Positions 46,801 to 61,800 of a stretch of DNA of 64,000 nt are shown piece after piece. The notes beneath the pieces were generated by a model. The model had not been told where the DNA came from. It saw only the letters and a program-made list of their open reading frames with translations, and ran no database searches. The first letter of the stretch is position 1. Every line of letters begins with the position of its first letter. Location of the stretch: positions 26,153 through 90,152 of the forward strand of contig CAZXFD010000002.1 in NCBI GenBank assembly GCA_964640635.1, given 5' to 3'. The translations under genes were made by a program, and so were the position numbers. This DNA is from an uncultured Gammaproteobacteria bacterium (GTDB lineage: Bacteria; Patescibacteriota; Patescibacteriia; UBA1558; S5-K13).

Positions 46801-49800
46801 TACTCAAAGTTTGAGTTCGTAAGCTCCATCATCTGAGCATAACCTGAGTTTGATGATTTAAACGATCCACTAGAGTATATATCACCGATTACAAGTAAAT
46901 CACCTAAAAATTCTGCATTTCCTTTGACACTCAAAGCACCATCTACAAACATATTTCCACCAATTCCAATATCACCCTTAACAAATAAATCATCGCCAGT
47001 CATATTAAACTCAGTCCATGATAATACTGGCACCTCTGATCCTACTAATACGTTATCACCAAAGTAAGATTTGCCACCAAGGTTGTCTACAAATATTGCC
47101 CAGTTGGTTGTAGATGCACTATTTAGATTTATGTATTGACCAATTTGAGTGCCAGCCTTTGAGTCACTAGCTGAGACAATATAAGATCCATAATTTACAT
47201 CTACCTCATCAGATGTTTGAAGCTCTGTGTAATTTCCAAACGCTGTTTGAGCTTTTCCGTCATACACTGTAGATAGTTTATTGTAAATTGAATATCCTGT
47301 TGCATTTTCTCCGGTTACATATATGTCATTAAAATCTCCAAATCCATAGCTATTTGCTGTCTGTAAGTTTACTTGATAAAGATTTCCCATTGAGCTAGCG
47401 TCACTTATAAAGTCCCAAACATTTGTCTTATAATCAAGTCCTTTTAATTTATTTATTTCATCTGCCAAAATTGCAACAGTATCACTGGTTTGATCTAGTG
47501 AGCTATAAACAGTAGCTAAAGAATCATTTATTAATATTTGTGTTGTGCTTGCAAAGTTATAAGAACCTATTGCATTTGAAATCATAATTGCAACTTCATC
47601 TTCTATTTCCATATTTGCAATTCTATCAGTAATTTGAGATTCAATTTGCTCTACTGTAAGAGATTTGTTTCTTCTTGAAATAAGCACATTAATACTTCCT
47701 TCACTGGCACTGAGTGATTCAAGCGCAATTCCTACTGTAGAGTCGCCTGGGTTTGCCTTCATTAAATATCCTGAACGTGAGCCAGATGTAAGTGAGTCAC
47801 CTGGATTTATATTTCCATTTTCGTTTGATACGCGACCTGGAATCTGACCAAGAAGAGCTATCATCTTGTAATTATTATTGTCACGATATTCTTCTTTTGC
47901 ATTTCCTAATAACGCTGGTTTGGTTGAAACAACTCCCATGATATTTGTATCACTTGATCTGTTACATCTTATTACAGAATTATTTCTTGAGACATCAATA
48001 CAAACTACTTCGCCAGATACCAAATCAATATTGGTTGTATAAAAATATTCTGCATAATCGGCGGATGGCGAAGATCCAGTTCCATCATAAAAATAATCCC
48101 CTTCTGCATCGACAGAAAATCTTGATGCATTTCCAGATGTACCTATATTAAATAATCTTTGATTTGCACTTGGCGAAGCTACATATACATCTAGTTTTGA
48201 TGATGGACTAGAAGTTCCAACTCCCAAATTTCCATTTACTGCTATTGCTCCTGCAGTAGTTCCAGATAAATATGCTGTTGAATTTAAATATAAATTGTCA
48301 CTATAAGTATTTAACCAATAAGCAGTTGATGTACCTAAATTATATGTGCTATCAGCACTTGTATACAAATTATTACTTGTAATATTTCCACTTACAATAA
48401 CAGACCCAGAAACAGTTCCACCAGATACCTGTAAATATCTATCATCATGGGTATGAGTGGATGTAACTGCAAGGCTAATTTTTGTATCAATATCTTCTAA
48501 TCTTAAATCGAGGGAACCAAATATTCCATAGGAAGAAGAGTTTCTTGCCTGGAGCACTTCTGTTTCTACAGTGTTTGATCCTTCTCCTGCCCAAGTATCC
48601 CCATCAAAAGCTGTCACAGTAATTCCTCTGATAATAGGTGTGGTTCCGACTCCCGCAGTCATCACAGCTTTTGCTTTCACTTGAGTTCCAATATTTGTAA
48701 ATTCCCACAAAACATTTGGCGTAACAGGTCCTTCCCAATGAACCCCATTATCAGCAGATAAATACCAATTAATGCTATTACCCGTACCAACTCCACCACT
48801 ATAGGTAAGCTTTGCACTTGTAATATTATTTGCTGAACTTACGATAACATTTGTTTCAAATATATTACTTGCTTCATAGGCGAGTTGACTCTTATAAATA
48901 TCTGCGAAAGCATAAATAGAAAAGTAATAATATCCATTATAGTATAAAGGTCTTTGATGATAACTTGAAGTAAATATTGCATTTCCCAAAATCTTTTGAG
49001 TACCTGAAATAACAAAATAATTTTCCGCATTTAAATCATATACCAAATATCCATCTGGCCTATAAGAAGAATATCCACCAAACCATAGCTGACCTCCTAT
49101 TTTTCTTATCCAATACAAAGAAGTATTCAAACTAATTTCTTGATCTACTCTATGAAATTCTTGCCAACCATTTGTTTTTGAAAGTTTTTGCCAAGAAGAA
49201 GCACTAGAAAGCCAAACAATATCTGAATCATCTGGATCCTGCCAAGAAGAATAGATAACATTTGTATAATTATACAATCCTTGAGGACCGTTTGAATAAT
49301 ACCTCTTTACAAGCGTATCTGTATCCATATTCCAAATATAAAAACCTACTGAAGTTGAAATATGTAATTCATTTCCATAGGCTTGCACATCATAATAACT
49401 ACCAGATGGTAAACCGCTATCAGGACTGTTGTCGTAATCTGTAAATGTTCCACTTACTACATTAAACACCTGCATATAACTTCCCGATGGAAATAAATAC
49501 ACCTTACCATTGTAATACTGCATCACGTTTCCAAGCTGATTACCAATAGTATTTGATTTTAAGCCGTTTGCTGTTGTATATGTTGTAATAGTATTTGCAT
49601 CTACATCTATCTTAACAAGTCCAGGACCAGCTGAATAAAACCCTGCATAAATATCATTTCTATCATAATCATAAGCTATACTCGTAAAATTGACCTGAGC
49701 AAGAGAAGGTGTAGAGGTTGCGGTCCATTGACCGACAATGGCCTCTGTATCAAGATTAAGCACTTTTATACCATAACCATAAGTAGCTACATATAATTTA

Positions 49801-52800
49801 TTTCCATAAACGATTGTTCCTGAAATTGATCTTATATTATCTCCCGTTCCATAATTAATATCAATTTTTGTCCATGCATCGGTATTATTTTGTATTGTGC
49901 CTATCATAGAATTATATGCTGCTGTTGTATTTGATGTATTTACATTAGTAGTCGTCTGAAAACTATCACTAAACAAAGATGCGTTAGAGAGTATTGAAGA
50001 ATAATTTGCTGTGATAGCATTGAATCTATCATTTAAAGAATTGTAGGTGCTTCTTCCAGAGACTACTTCGTCCACCCTATCACCAGATATATTTCCCAGA
50101 GCATTAACTACCGTGGTATTTCCAACAGCAAAACCATTTGAACTTGTGACTGTTCCTCCGACATTTATACTTGTATTAAAATTTACTACTGTATCTGCCA
50201 TGATATTTCCATCACCATCAAATTGTATATTTCCATTTAGTGTAAGTGCCTGAGATGGTGTAGTTGTTCCTATTCCCAAATACCCCGTATCAGTCATCAC
50301 AAATTGCGAGATACCATTTCCACTAGGATTAAATGACAAATAATTACTTGTTGTGCTATATCCCAAAAGTGCATAATTCCCTGCTACTCCAATATTAATA
50401 CTATTTGGTCCAAGATATAAATCTTTCCATCTATTGGTATCTGATCCTAGAGTATAAATATTATCAGCTGATGGTAAAATATTTCCAGTAAATGTTGCAT
50501 TTCCACCCACTGATAAATCTCCACTTATTGAGATGCTGTTATTTGAAAGCGTTAATAAATTTGCATTACTAGCTAATCCAATATTATTACCTGCAATTTG
50601 TACATTTCCGAAAGTAGATGTTCCAGCGACTGTCAAATCAGAGAATAAATTTACATTTCCACTTACAGCAAGCGTTCCTGATGCTGATATTTTTCCAACT
50701 GTCGTAATGTCACCACTTGACGCAGTAATAGTTGCACGTCCTCCTACTGATATATCTCCAGAAAAATTGGCACCCGAAAGAAGCGCATATGAAGAAGATG
50801 CAGCCATCCATATAGGATCTGATTCTGCTCCTGAGCCAACAGCACTTCCATTCCAATAAAGATTTCCTCCCAAATTATACAATGTATTTGTTGTTATTAT
50901 TGGTGTAGATGATGAAATACTTACGCCATTGTTTGATGCTATTAATCCCGTTACTGTTGTAGTTGCAAATGTTGCTATACCAGTAGATGTAATAGTTGCA
51001 CCACTTCCTATTATTAAGTTATTAGAAAATAAAGAATTACTATTTGCTTCATCTATAAGTAAAGCTCCATTTCCATATGTATAAGTTTGATCTGTTATAT
51101 TAATTTCAGCTAAAACTTGATCGCCCGTGCTAGAATACAGACCAATTATATTTTTGCCAGTTCCCTGAATATCTCCGACTATATTTACACTATCTACAGC
51201 AGCCGGCGCAAAAGTAATCATATTTCCACTTGGACTAATTACTAGATTTCCATAATTATCTGTTGCAAGAGTTGAATAATTTGAACTGTCATAACCCAAT
51301 GTTAATTGTGTTGTTGAAGTTACAATGTGAAGTCCTGCGTTTGGAGTAGTTGTTCCTATTCCGACATTTCCAGTATTGTAATAAATACTATTTCCATTTG
51401 ATGTCCATTGAGATCCTATATACTTAGAACCATTTACGTATAGATCTGTTGCATTTACAATACCATTTACGTCAAGTGTAAATGCTGGTGTGGTTGTTCC
51501 TATTCCTACGTTTCCAGTGCTTGGATTTACAGATATATTATTATAATGTATTACATCGTTCATTGAATCAGGTGAAGCTTCATAAACTACTAGTGGCATA
51601 TCTCCACCAGCATCATACAAACCAAATTCATCAGTAGAATATGAATTGTTATTACCCAGATATAAACCACCTCTACTAGAATCAAAACTTGTAAATCTAG
51701 CAGCTATTGAATCACTACTTGAAACATGTAAAGTGTTGCCAGGATCTACGGTTCCTATTCCAACATATCCATTTAATGGATTTACATATAACTGATTTGT
51801 GTTAACGCTAAAGCTTCCTGCGATCGTTGTAGAAGCAAGTGTTGTATTTCCAAGCATTACCAAACTATTTGTGCCAGTAGCATTTGTAAATGCAAGATTT
51901 GATATTGTTGATGAACTAAAATATCCATTTCCTATATCGACTCCGTTTAATATAAACGATCCTGTAATAGTTGTGCTAGCTAAATTTGTAATACCAAGAA
52001 CTGCTAAATTTCCAGTTGTAGTTGCGTTTGTTACTTGTAAATTAGCAAGAGTTGAAAGTCCTGAGACATTTAATGCTGACCCAATATAATAAGATCCCGT
52101 CGTTGTTCCATTTCCATATAAAAGCGCGTCTCCAGACACTGTTAATCTTGATAATGGCGTTGTTGTTCCTATTCCAATATATCCAGAATTAATATTTACA
52201 GAGATACCCGCATCGTCACTATATCCACCAAACTTATAAGCAGTTTGAGCTGAGTTCACACCAACTATTAATTCATCATTTACATTCCAACTCATGCCAA
52301 TCTCGCCACCTAATATATCATATCCAACATTTACATAATTACTTGTATATCTGTCACCAAAAATTCCATGATTAGCACGTAACTGACCTAAATAGTTATC
52401 TGATGAATAAACATCTAATGCATATTGTGGGCTTGTAGTACCAATACCCACATAACCATTTAATGGATTTATATATAACTGATTTGTATTTACTGCGAAA
52501 GCGCCCGTCACCGTTGTACTAGCAAGAGTTGATACTCCTAATACATTTAGATTATTTCCTACCACTAAATTATTAGTCACATTACTATTAGTTGAAGTAA
52601 CAACACCGCTAATGTTTAATCCACTTGTTAAAAGTGTTAATAAATTTGCATTACCAGATAGTCCAATATTATTTCCTGCAATTAACATATTACCCAGTGT
52701 CGATGTACTTGTTACTATTAAGTTTGTTGTTGTTACTGTATTTGATACCGTTAAAGAGTCAAGCATTGAAACTCCACTTACATTAAGTGATTCTGTTATT

Positions 52801-55800
52801 AAATTATTAATATAATGACTTCCTGTTGTTGTAGCATTTCCATATAAAAGCGCATCTCCAGACACTGTTAATTTAGATGTTGGTGTTGAAGTTCCAATTC
52901 CGACGTTACCATTATTGATAAATAGTCCGTCGCTAGAACTAAATGCTCCCCCATATTGATAAATACCTGTATTATAATTTTTACCAGCTATCATAAAATC
53001 ATTTGATACATCATAAAGACCGAGATCATCTCCATAAAAATCCCCACCAATATATAATTCTCCGACATAAGGATTTCCAACAAGAGCACTTGCTCCTGTA
53101 ATATTTCCTCCTTGTCCATCAAGCGTTATAAAATCTCCCACTGATAAAACAGCTGCAACCTTAAGATTATTATTAATCTGAAGATTATTACTAATAAATT
53201 GATTGCCCGTTATCGTAGAATTTCCCGTTATTGATAAATTGCCTGTGATTGTCGTACTAGCAAGCTTTGTAAATCCTGAGACTACTAAATTTCCAGTCGT
53301 TGTTGCATTTCCATATAACAGTGTGTCGCCAGATACTGTCAGTTTAGATGTTGGTGTTGAAGTGCCAATTCCAATATCTCCTAAGTTGATAGTTAATGCC
53401 CTACCTCCATACACAAATCTATTATCATCATAATCAAATCCAGCTATAACACCATCTCCATTGACCTCATAAAATCCTCCCTCATTTATATCTGAAAAAC
53501 TCCCAATATCTAATCCATCATTACTATTAAAACTAAATCTAGTGTAAGGATGATTTACTGCTGGTGCATAAGTATGAATATCTAGTCCACCACCACTATT
53601 CTGAAAATTTGTATAATTTAAAGAATCATAACCTAATTTAAGTTGCGCATTAGCGTTTAATATGTGAAGTGCTGATGATGGCGTTGTTGTTCCTATTCCA
53701 ACATATCCATTTGAATGATTTACGAATAAATCATTTGCACCAACTAAGAAATTATTTACTACCGTAGTTGTGTTTCCATTAAATATTGCATTACCATTTA
53801 CTGTAGTTGTGGCAAGAGTTGTATTTCCTAATATTACTAAACTTTGTGTTCCAGTTGCATTTGTAAATGCAAGATTTGATATTGTTGATGAACTAAAATA
53901 TCCATTTCCTATATCTACTCCGTTTAATATAAACGATCCTGTAATAGTTGTGCTAGCTAAATTAGTAAATCCAAAAACTGCTAAGTTTCCAGTTGTAGTT
54001 GCGTTTGTCACTTGTAAATTGGCAAGAATTGAAAATCCTGAGACATTTAATCCATTTGTTACTGCAAGTTGAGAAATTGTTGAAGTTGCAAGTGTACTAG
54101 TACCAACGACTGTTAATGTTCCTGTAAAGTTTGCGGAAGACGAAATTGTTTGACCATTTATAAGACCTGAGCTTATTGTTCCAATATTTACAAGATTACC
54201 ACTTGCATCAATTCTTTGTGTTCCAGAGTCTGCTCCAGTATTAATTCCTGTTGTACCATTGATTACAGATCCAGTAATTGTATTATTTGTAAGTATGGTT
54301 CCAAATCCTGTATTAATAGATCCTGAATTTAATACTCCTACTCCAGTTAAAGATGAATTTACAATATTTGACGGCAATGTTGTTGTGCTAAACCATGTTG
54401 ATAATGATAAATATATTGTAGAGGCCGTAGAGCCTAATAAGTATCCTGCATCTGCATGATTGCCCCATCCATATGCACTATTCCAGTTCATTGAATTACC
54501 GCCAAAAGCAGAAATAATTCCAGTTGCATCAAATGTTCCTGCGACTGATGTGCTAGCTAAACTTGTATTTCCTGATACATATAGATTGGTACCGGTTGCA
54601 CTTCCAAATGTTAAATTAGTAAATGTTGATGATGTGCTAATAAACGACCCATTAATAGTTCCGCCCACCGTTAAATTTCCACTTACCGCTTGATTACCAG
54701 TTGTCGTTGCATTACCATTTACTACCAATGTTCCATTTATTGTAGTCGTAGCTAGAGTTGAGGTTCCAGTGACAATAAGTGTATCATCAACTATTACATC
54801 ACCCAGGTTTGCAGCTGATAAGACAAGATTCAAATCAAGATATGCAGAATTCGTTTGAACATATAATGCTGACTCGCTCTTTATATAACTTGCACTGCTA
54901 TTTGTAAATATCAAATCATTTGCAATTGCAACATTTCCTACCGCTTCAAATGATACAGGATTAAACATACTTATTTGAGTATCTGATATTCTCATTGCTT
55001 CATTACTTCCTGCTGTAATACTTATTGTATTATCAGAGTATCTATAGAATCCTGTATCAGGATCTCCTATAAACGCAATTGAAGGAGTTGTTGAAGAACC
55101 ATCACTTACAAAAAGCGTTCCCGCTACTACCGCATTACCACTTACATACATTTGAGTTGAAGTAACTATTCCATCTATTTGAAGGCCACTATTTGCAAGT
55201 GTTAGTAAATCTGCATTTCCTACTAGTCCAATATTATTTCCTGTAATTTGTACATTTCCTAGTGTACTTGTTCCTACAACTCTTAAATCAGAATGCATAG
55301 TTGCATTTCCAGTTACTGCGAGCGTTCCTGATGCTGATAAAGTTCCTAGTGTTGTAATATCACCCGATGAAACTGTAATTGTTGCGCGTGAGCCAAGTCC
55401 GATAATTGTTCCATTGTCATATACTGATGAAGTTGCTGTTGTAGTTGCCGTGACATATCTTAATAAATAATTTGCGACTCCTGCTCCTGATAGTTTGTTA
55501 TTAAACATTGACCAATCAGAATTTTGAAGCTGACCAGTATTTACGGATGATGCTATTGGCATATTAAATGTATGAGTAGAACCAGATGAGACAATGTTAA
55601 AAATATTTCCGCTTGTTCCTGTTGCAAAATTCTGAGCTGAGCTTGTAAGACCATTTAAATTAACTAGTGCATTTCCTCCTACTATTGTAGAAGTAGATAC
55701 CCACTGCGTGCTAGTTCCTGTAGATCTTAAAACCATGCCATCTGATCCCGCACTATTTGTCGAATCATTGAGTGACCCTGAAAGTGACAAAGATGCAATT

Positions 55801-58800
55801 GTCGTCGTAGCTAAAGTTGATATCCCAGATACATTTAGATTTCCAGAGACTATTTGATTTCCTGATGTTGTAGCATTGCCTGATACTACTAATCCTGATG
55901 TTATTCTAAGAGATCCTACGATTGTTGAACTTGCACCACTTGGACTTACTGTCAAAAATCCATTCGCATTTGTATTTATATTTGTATAATTTCCTGCACT
56001 ATTTTCTAATGTCAATTGTGTTGTTGTTGTAACCACATGAAGACCTGCATTTGGAGTAGTTGTTCCTATTCCTACATTGCCAATATTATAATAAATACTT
56101 GCTCCGTTTGTAGTCCATTGAGATCCTATGTAAGGTGATCCATTTACATATAATGCTGTTGCATTTACAACTCCATTTACGTCAAGTGTAAATCTAGGAG
56201 TAGTTGTTCCTATTCCTACATTGCCATCACTATTTACTACAAATATTCCTTGATTTGTAGTTGTTGCAATTTGTAATAGATTTTCAGTTGAGCTAGAGCT
56301 TACTACTGATAATTTGTAATTTGGTGTAGTTGTGCCAATGCCTATAAAACCTGTTGATCCAGCAGTATCTGCATATAACACATCTGTAACAGAAGTTCCG
56401 TTATATCCTCTTATTCTAAAATCCGCATTAGGAGAATATGCTCCCCAAACACCAGACGACAAATATCCCATTCTAGATCCACCCGTATCACTAACATATC
56501 CATTTGCTCCAACTCTTATAGATCCATTAATCTCTAATGCTAGCGCTGGATTGGCGATACCAATTCCAACTCTATTATTTACACTATCAATAACTAAGGT
56601 ATTTGAATCAAAATTAACATCTCCACCTATCGTAGTTGTTACCGTTCCATTTATTACTACGGCTCCCGCGATAGTTGTGCTAACTAAATTCGTAAATCCC
56701 AATACTACTTGATTACCAGTTGTTGTTGCATTTCCATTAACTTGTAATGTTCCATTTATTGTAGTCGATGCAAGTATTGTATTTCCTAAAACCATTAATG
56801 CTCCTGAGTTATAAATTCCAGTAGATGTGACAACTCCACCTATTGCAATTCCTGTATTTGATAATGTTAATAAATTTGAATTTCCGCTCACTGCGATATT
56901 TAATCCATTAAACAATAAACCGTTGATTGTTGTTGTAACTCCTCCATCAACAATCAAATTTGAAATAGTGGTTGTTGCAAAATCACTTGTTCCATCTACT
57001 ATTAAATTTCCTGTCATTGTATCACCTGAGACATTTACAAATAATGAATCTGCGGAACTCGTTGTATGATATCTATTATCTAAACTTGTTGAAGAAATTG
57101 TTGATATATGACCATAGTTATCAAGAGCTATACTTTGAATTACTGTGCCACCCAAATTTGTCTGTCCTAGTGCAGAAGAAACCGCGTGATTTATTGCAAT
57201 TGATCCTGCGCCATTTACTATTGAAATAAGTGACCCCTGAGTAAGCGTTCCTATAGTAGGGGCTCCCGTTCCATCTCCAATTAATAATTCACCATTTGCA
57301 AACACTCTTGTTGCATTTATTTCACCCGTTCCATTTCCTAATAATATTCCGCCAGACGTAAATGTTGTTGTTCCTGTTCCACCGTATGGAACCCCTATAA
57401 TATTTCCGCCCCAAGTAGCGTTTGTAATTGTTCCAGTAACTGACAAACTACCATGAATATTTGTGGTGCCATATAAGTCAATCGTTGGAGCTGTAAGTGC
57501 TATTCGTAAACCAGCACGACTTAAGATTTGTGAAGATCCATCAAGAGCTGATAAAGTAATACTTCCCCCAGAAGAATTTGTTTGTATAGATATTCCCTTA
57601 CCATCCAAATCATTTGGAACTAAAAGACTTATACTCTCTTTTGAATTCATTGAAAGAGTGCTACTAGAGTTTAATGATATTGTATGTTGAGATTCCAATC
57701 CCAAAGCTCCAAGATTTCCAGATGTTATAACTTTCAAAGATTGATCCGGACTTGTTGTGAAATTCATAACATTAGAATTGTCTTGAATAACCTTTTTTCC
57801 ATTTACATATAAAGAGCTTGGTCCTAAATGTAATTCATCAGTGTAAATATCTTTAAACTGATGTGTTTCATCACCCAACATTATAAGAGACACATTTGTT
57901 GTAACACTTCCTGTCATGTCAGGTATTACATTTCTTGTAAGGGTTGTTGTTGCAAGTGTCGTGTATCCCGTCACTACCAAACTTTGTGTTCCAGTTGCAT
58001 TTGCAAAAACTAGATTATTAATCGTAGATGAGGTAAATAATCCAGTTCCAATAACCGTTCCATTGATTGTTAAATTTCCATTAATTGTTGTAGTTGCTAA
58101 ATTGGTAAATCCTACTACTGCAAGATTTCCAGTTGTTGTAGCATTTGTAACTTGTAAATTTTGTAAATTACTTGTTCCAGTTACAAATAAATTACTTGCC
58201 AAGGTTGTTGTTCCACCATTTGGGGTAACGCGTAAATCGCCGAATGAATTTGTTCCAAATGTTACATATTTACTTTCGCTATACCCTAGCGTAAATTGTG
58301 TTGTTGAGTTTGATACAACATGAAGGGTTGAAGATGGTGCTTCTATACCTATTCCAATTCTGCCACCTACAATTGGCGTTGGGTTTGTTGCATCATGATT
58401 ATATATTCCTGTTCCATATAATACATTTCCAATATTTAATTGTCTCTCTGCGCTATTTGCTGTTCCACGACCAATAGCAATACTATCTGAATATCCTCCT
58501 GTAGAAGTGTATCTGCCTATAAGAATTGATGTTCCGTAATTTTGGGTGTTATCAACTCCATCATTATTACCTGCATTTGTTCCTATAAAAATAGAGTCGC
58601 TTGCATTTATTGCTCGAGAACCTGCATAATAACCCAGAAAGTTTGAGTTAGATGCATTTGTTGCTTCAGCACCAGCAGCCTGTCCAAAGAAGTTTGAGTT
58701 AGATGCATTTGTTGCTTCAGCACCAGCAGCCTGTCCAAAGAAGTTTGAGTTAGATGCATACTCTGCACGAGCACCAGCAGCCTGTCCAAAGAAGTTTGAG

Positions 58801-61800
58801 TTAGATGCATTTGTTGATCTATCACCAGAATATTGTCCGAAGAAGTTTGAATCAGCTGCATTTTCTGCACGAGCACCTGAATATTGCCCAAGAAAATTTG
58901 AGTTAGATACACTTGATGCACCAAAGCCAGCATCACTACCAACAAATAAATTTGTGCCGTCTGCTGATATATTTACTATTGTATTTCCTAGCAATATCTT
59001 TCCACTAGCTGAGGTTGCTACAAGATCTCCACTTGAGTTTGTTGAAAGAGTTGAATAATTTGAACTGTCATAACCTAATGTTAATTGTGTTGTTGAGGTT
59101 ACAATATGTAGTCCTGCATTTGGAGTAGTTGTTCCTATTCCTACATTTCCAGAATTATAATAAATACTATTTCCAAATGTTGTCCATTGAGACCCTGTAT
59201 ACTGAGAACCGTTTACGTATAAATCTTTTGCATTTACAATACCATTTACATCAAGTGTAAATGCTGGAGTAGTTGTTCCTATACCAATTCTTCCATTTAA
59301 TACATTTGCAAATAATAAACTTGTTCCAACTAAGAAATTTCCAGTAACTGTAGTAGATGATAATGTTGTTGTTGCAAGCGTACTTAATCCGGTAACTGTT
59401 AAATTAGAAATTGAGGTGCTAGCTAAAGTTGAGGTTCCAAATACATTTAAATTATTTCCCACTATCAAATTATTTGTTACATAACTATTTGTTGAAGTAA
59501 CGACACCAGTAATATTTAATCCACTATTTGAAAGCGTCAATAAATTTGCATTTCCAGATAAACCAATACTACTTCCTGATATTTGAATATTTCCCAATGT
59601 GCTTGTTGACACAACAGAAAGAGATCCTACTGTTTCAATATTTCCACTAATTGCAGAAATTGTTGCATTTGCTCCTATGATTAAGTCAGAGGACGCATAT
59701 AATTTTCCTGTTATATATGTATTAAGCCCCGATGGTGCAATTGTAAGATTTCCAGTACTGCTTACAGTAAACGAAGAATAATTTGATACATCATAGCTAA
59801 GTCTTAGTTGTTCTGTCGTACCACCAACATTAAGTCTTGCAAGGGGTGTTGCAACGTTTACACCAACATTTCCATTTGAATCAACTTTTATTCCTTCATT
59901 GCCACCATCACCAGAAAGCCAATAATTTCCAAGTCTAATATTTTGAGTTGCTATATGAGTTCCAAAATCATCACCAGTTGAAGTTGCAGTTCCACAATCT
60001 CCCGATTTTGCCAAAATATCTCCATCTGGACTAACATACAAACAACGATTTCCTAATCCTTCACCAGCAAGATCTGTTGTTCTAATAGTTCCAGCAACAT
60101 TTAATGCTTGAACCAATGAACTTGTTCCAATACCAACCTTATGATTTACTGAATCAACATAAAGCGTATTATTATCAACTACAAATAACGTCCTCGTTAT
60201 AGTAGCATTTCCACCTATGTATGCTGAATTAGTTACAGACAATTGTGAAATTGTTGTACTAGCTAAATTTGTAAATCCTAATACTACAAAGTTGTTTGAT
60301 ATTGTTGAACTTGCAACTGTAAGTTCGTTTAAGTTTGTTGACCCTGAAATATTTAAACTTGTTCCCGAAATAGCTGCAAGATTTGATGTACTTGATACCG
60401 TAAGACTTGATAGTGCAAGTGTTGTTCCTGTTGCGCTTGTATAAGTTAATGATTGAAGTGTTGTATTTCCTTGAATTTGTAAATCACCAGAAGCAATAAT
60501 ATTTCCTGCTAAATTAATTGTTCCTGTTGCAACTATTCCACTAGTAACCGCTAATTGTCCGTTTACTGTTGTGCTTGCAAAAGTAGCAATTCCATTTAAT
60601 AGGATAGAATAATTATTTGCTAATATAGAATTATTACCAATTTCTAAATTATTATTAAATGTCGATACTCCATTAACTAATAAATTTGAAATTGTTGTAG
60701 ATGCCAATGTGCTTGTTCCATTTACCGTTAGGTTTCCAGAAATTGTTCCACCACCTAATCCTAAATACATTGAACTAGCTGTAGCTACTGTTAAGTAATC
60801 TGCATCATTTGTCCATTGTCTAATTGTTGATGTTGCAAAATTTGAAACTGATAAGCTTGTTGAGACGGCAGACCAATATGGATCTGATTCTGTATATGAT
60901 GTTAAGTATCCTGCGAGTGAATGGTCACCCCAACTATATGCATCGTCCCAAAAAGATGAAGATGCTGAAACTATATTATATGACTCATTCCATTGTAATG
61001 AATTACCACCTATTACTGATATAAGATTTGATACATACAGATTTGTCCCTGTTGCAGATGTGAAGTTTAGTGTTGTAAGTGTAGTAGATGATAATGTTGT
61101 AGTAGCTAAATTCGTAATTCCAAGTGAGGTAAGTGATGAAGTAACTGTTGCGGTTCCTGCAACTAATTCTGTTGATGTTGTATGCTCTGATTCTAAATTT
61201 GTAAATCTTCCGATTAATGCTGTGATGGTGTTTTCTATTGTTGCATTTACTGCTCGTAGTATAGAAGCAAATAAATTTGTTGAAGTTACGCTTATTCCTG
61301 ATGCATTTCTAAATGTTAAAGTATCTATATTTAAATTTGTTCCTGTTGCTGAATTGAATGTAAGGTTTGTAATTGATGTAGATGCAATTGTAATATTTCC
61401 TAAATTTAGACCTCCTGTGATTGCAAGATTGTTTAATGTTGTTGTGCCAAATACATTCAAGTTTCCTGATACAACTTGATCTCCTGTTGTTGTTGTATTA
61501 CCTGATACTATTAAACTTGAAATAGTTGTGCTAGCTAAATTTGTAACTCCTAATACTACAAAGTTGTTTGATATTGTTGAACTTGCAACTGTAAGTTCGT
61601 TTAAGTTTGTTGACCCTGAAATATTTAAACTTGTTCCCGAAATAGCTGCAAGATTTGATGTACTTGATACCGTAAGACTTGATAGTGCAAGTGTTGTTCC
61701 TGTTGCGCTTGTATAAGTTAATGATTGAAGTGTTGTATTTCCTTGAATTTGTAAATCACCAGAAGCAATAATATTTCCTGCTAAATTAATTGTTCCTGTT

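Noticed and set aside
58590-58900. Possible CRISPR array suggested by regularly spaced direct repeats
   Set aside because: The repeats are 51 bp, contiguous with no spacers, in frame within a long ORF, and encode a 17-aa peptide repeat. No cas genes are present.
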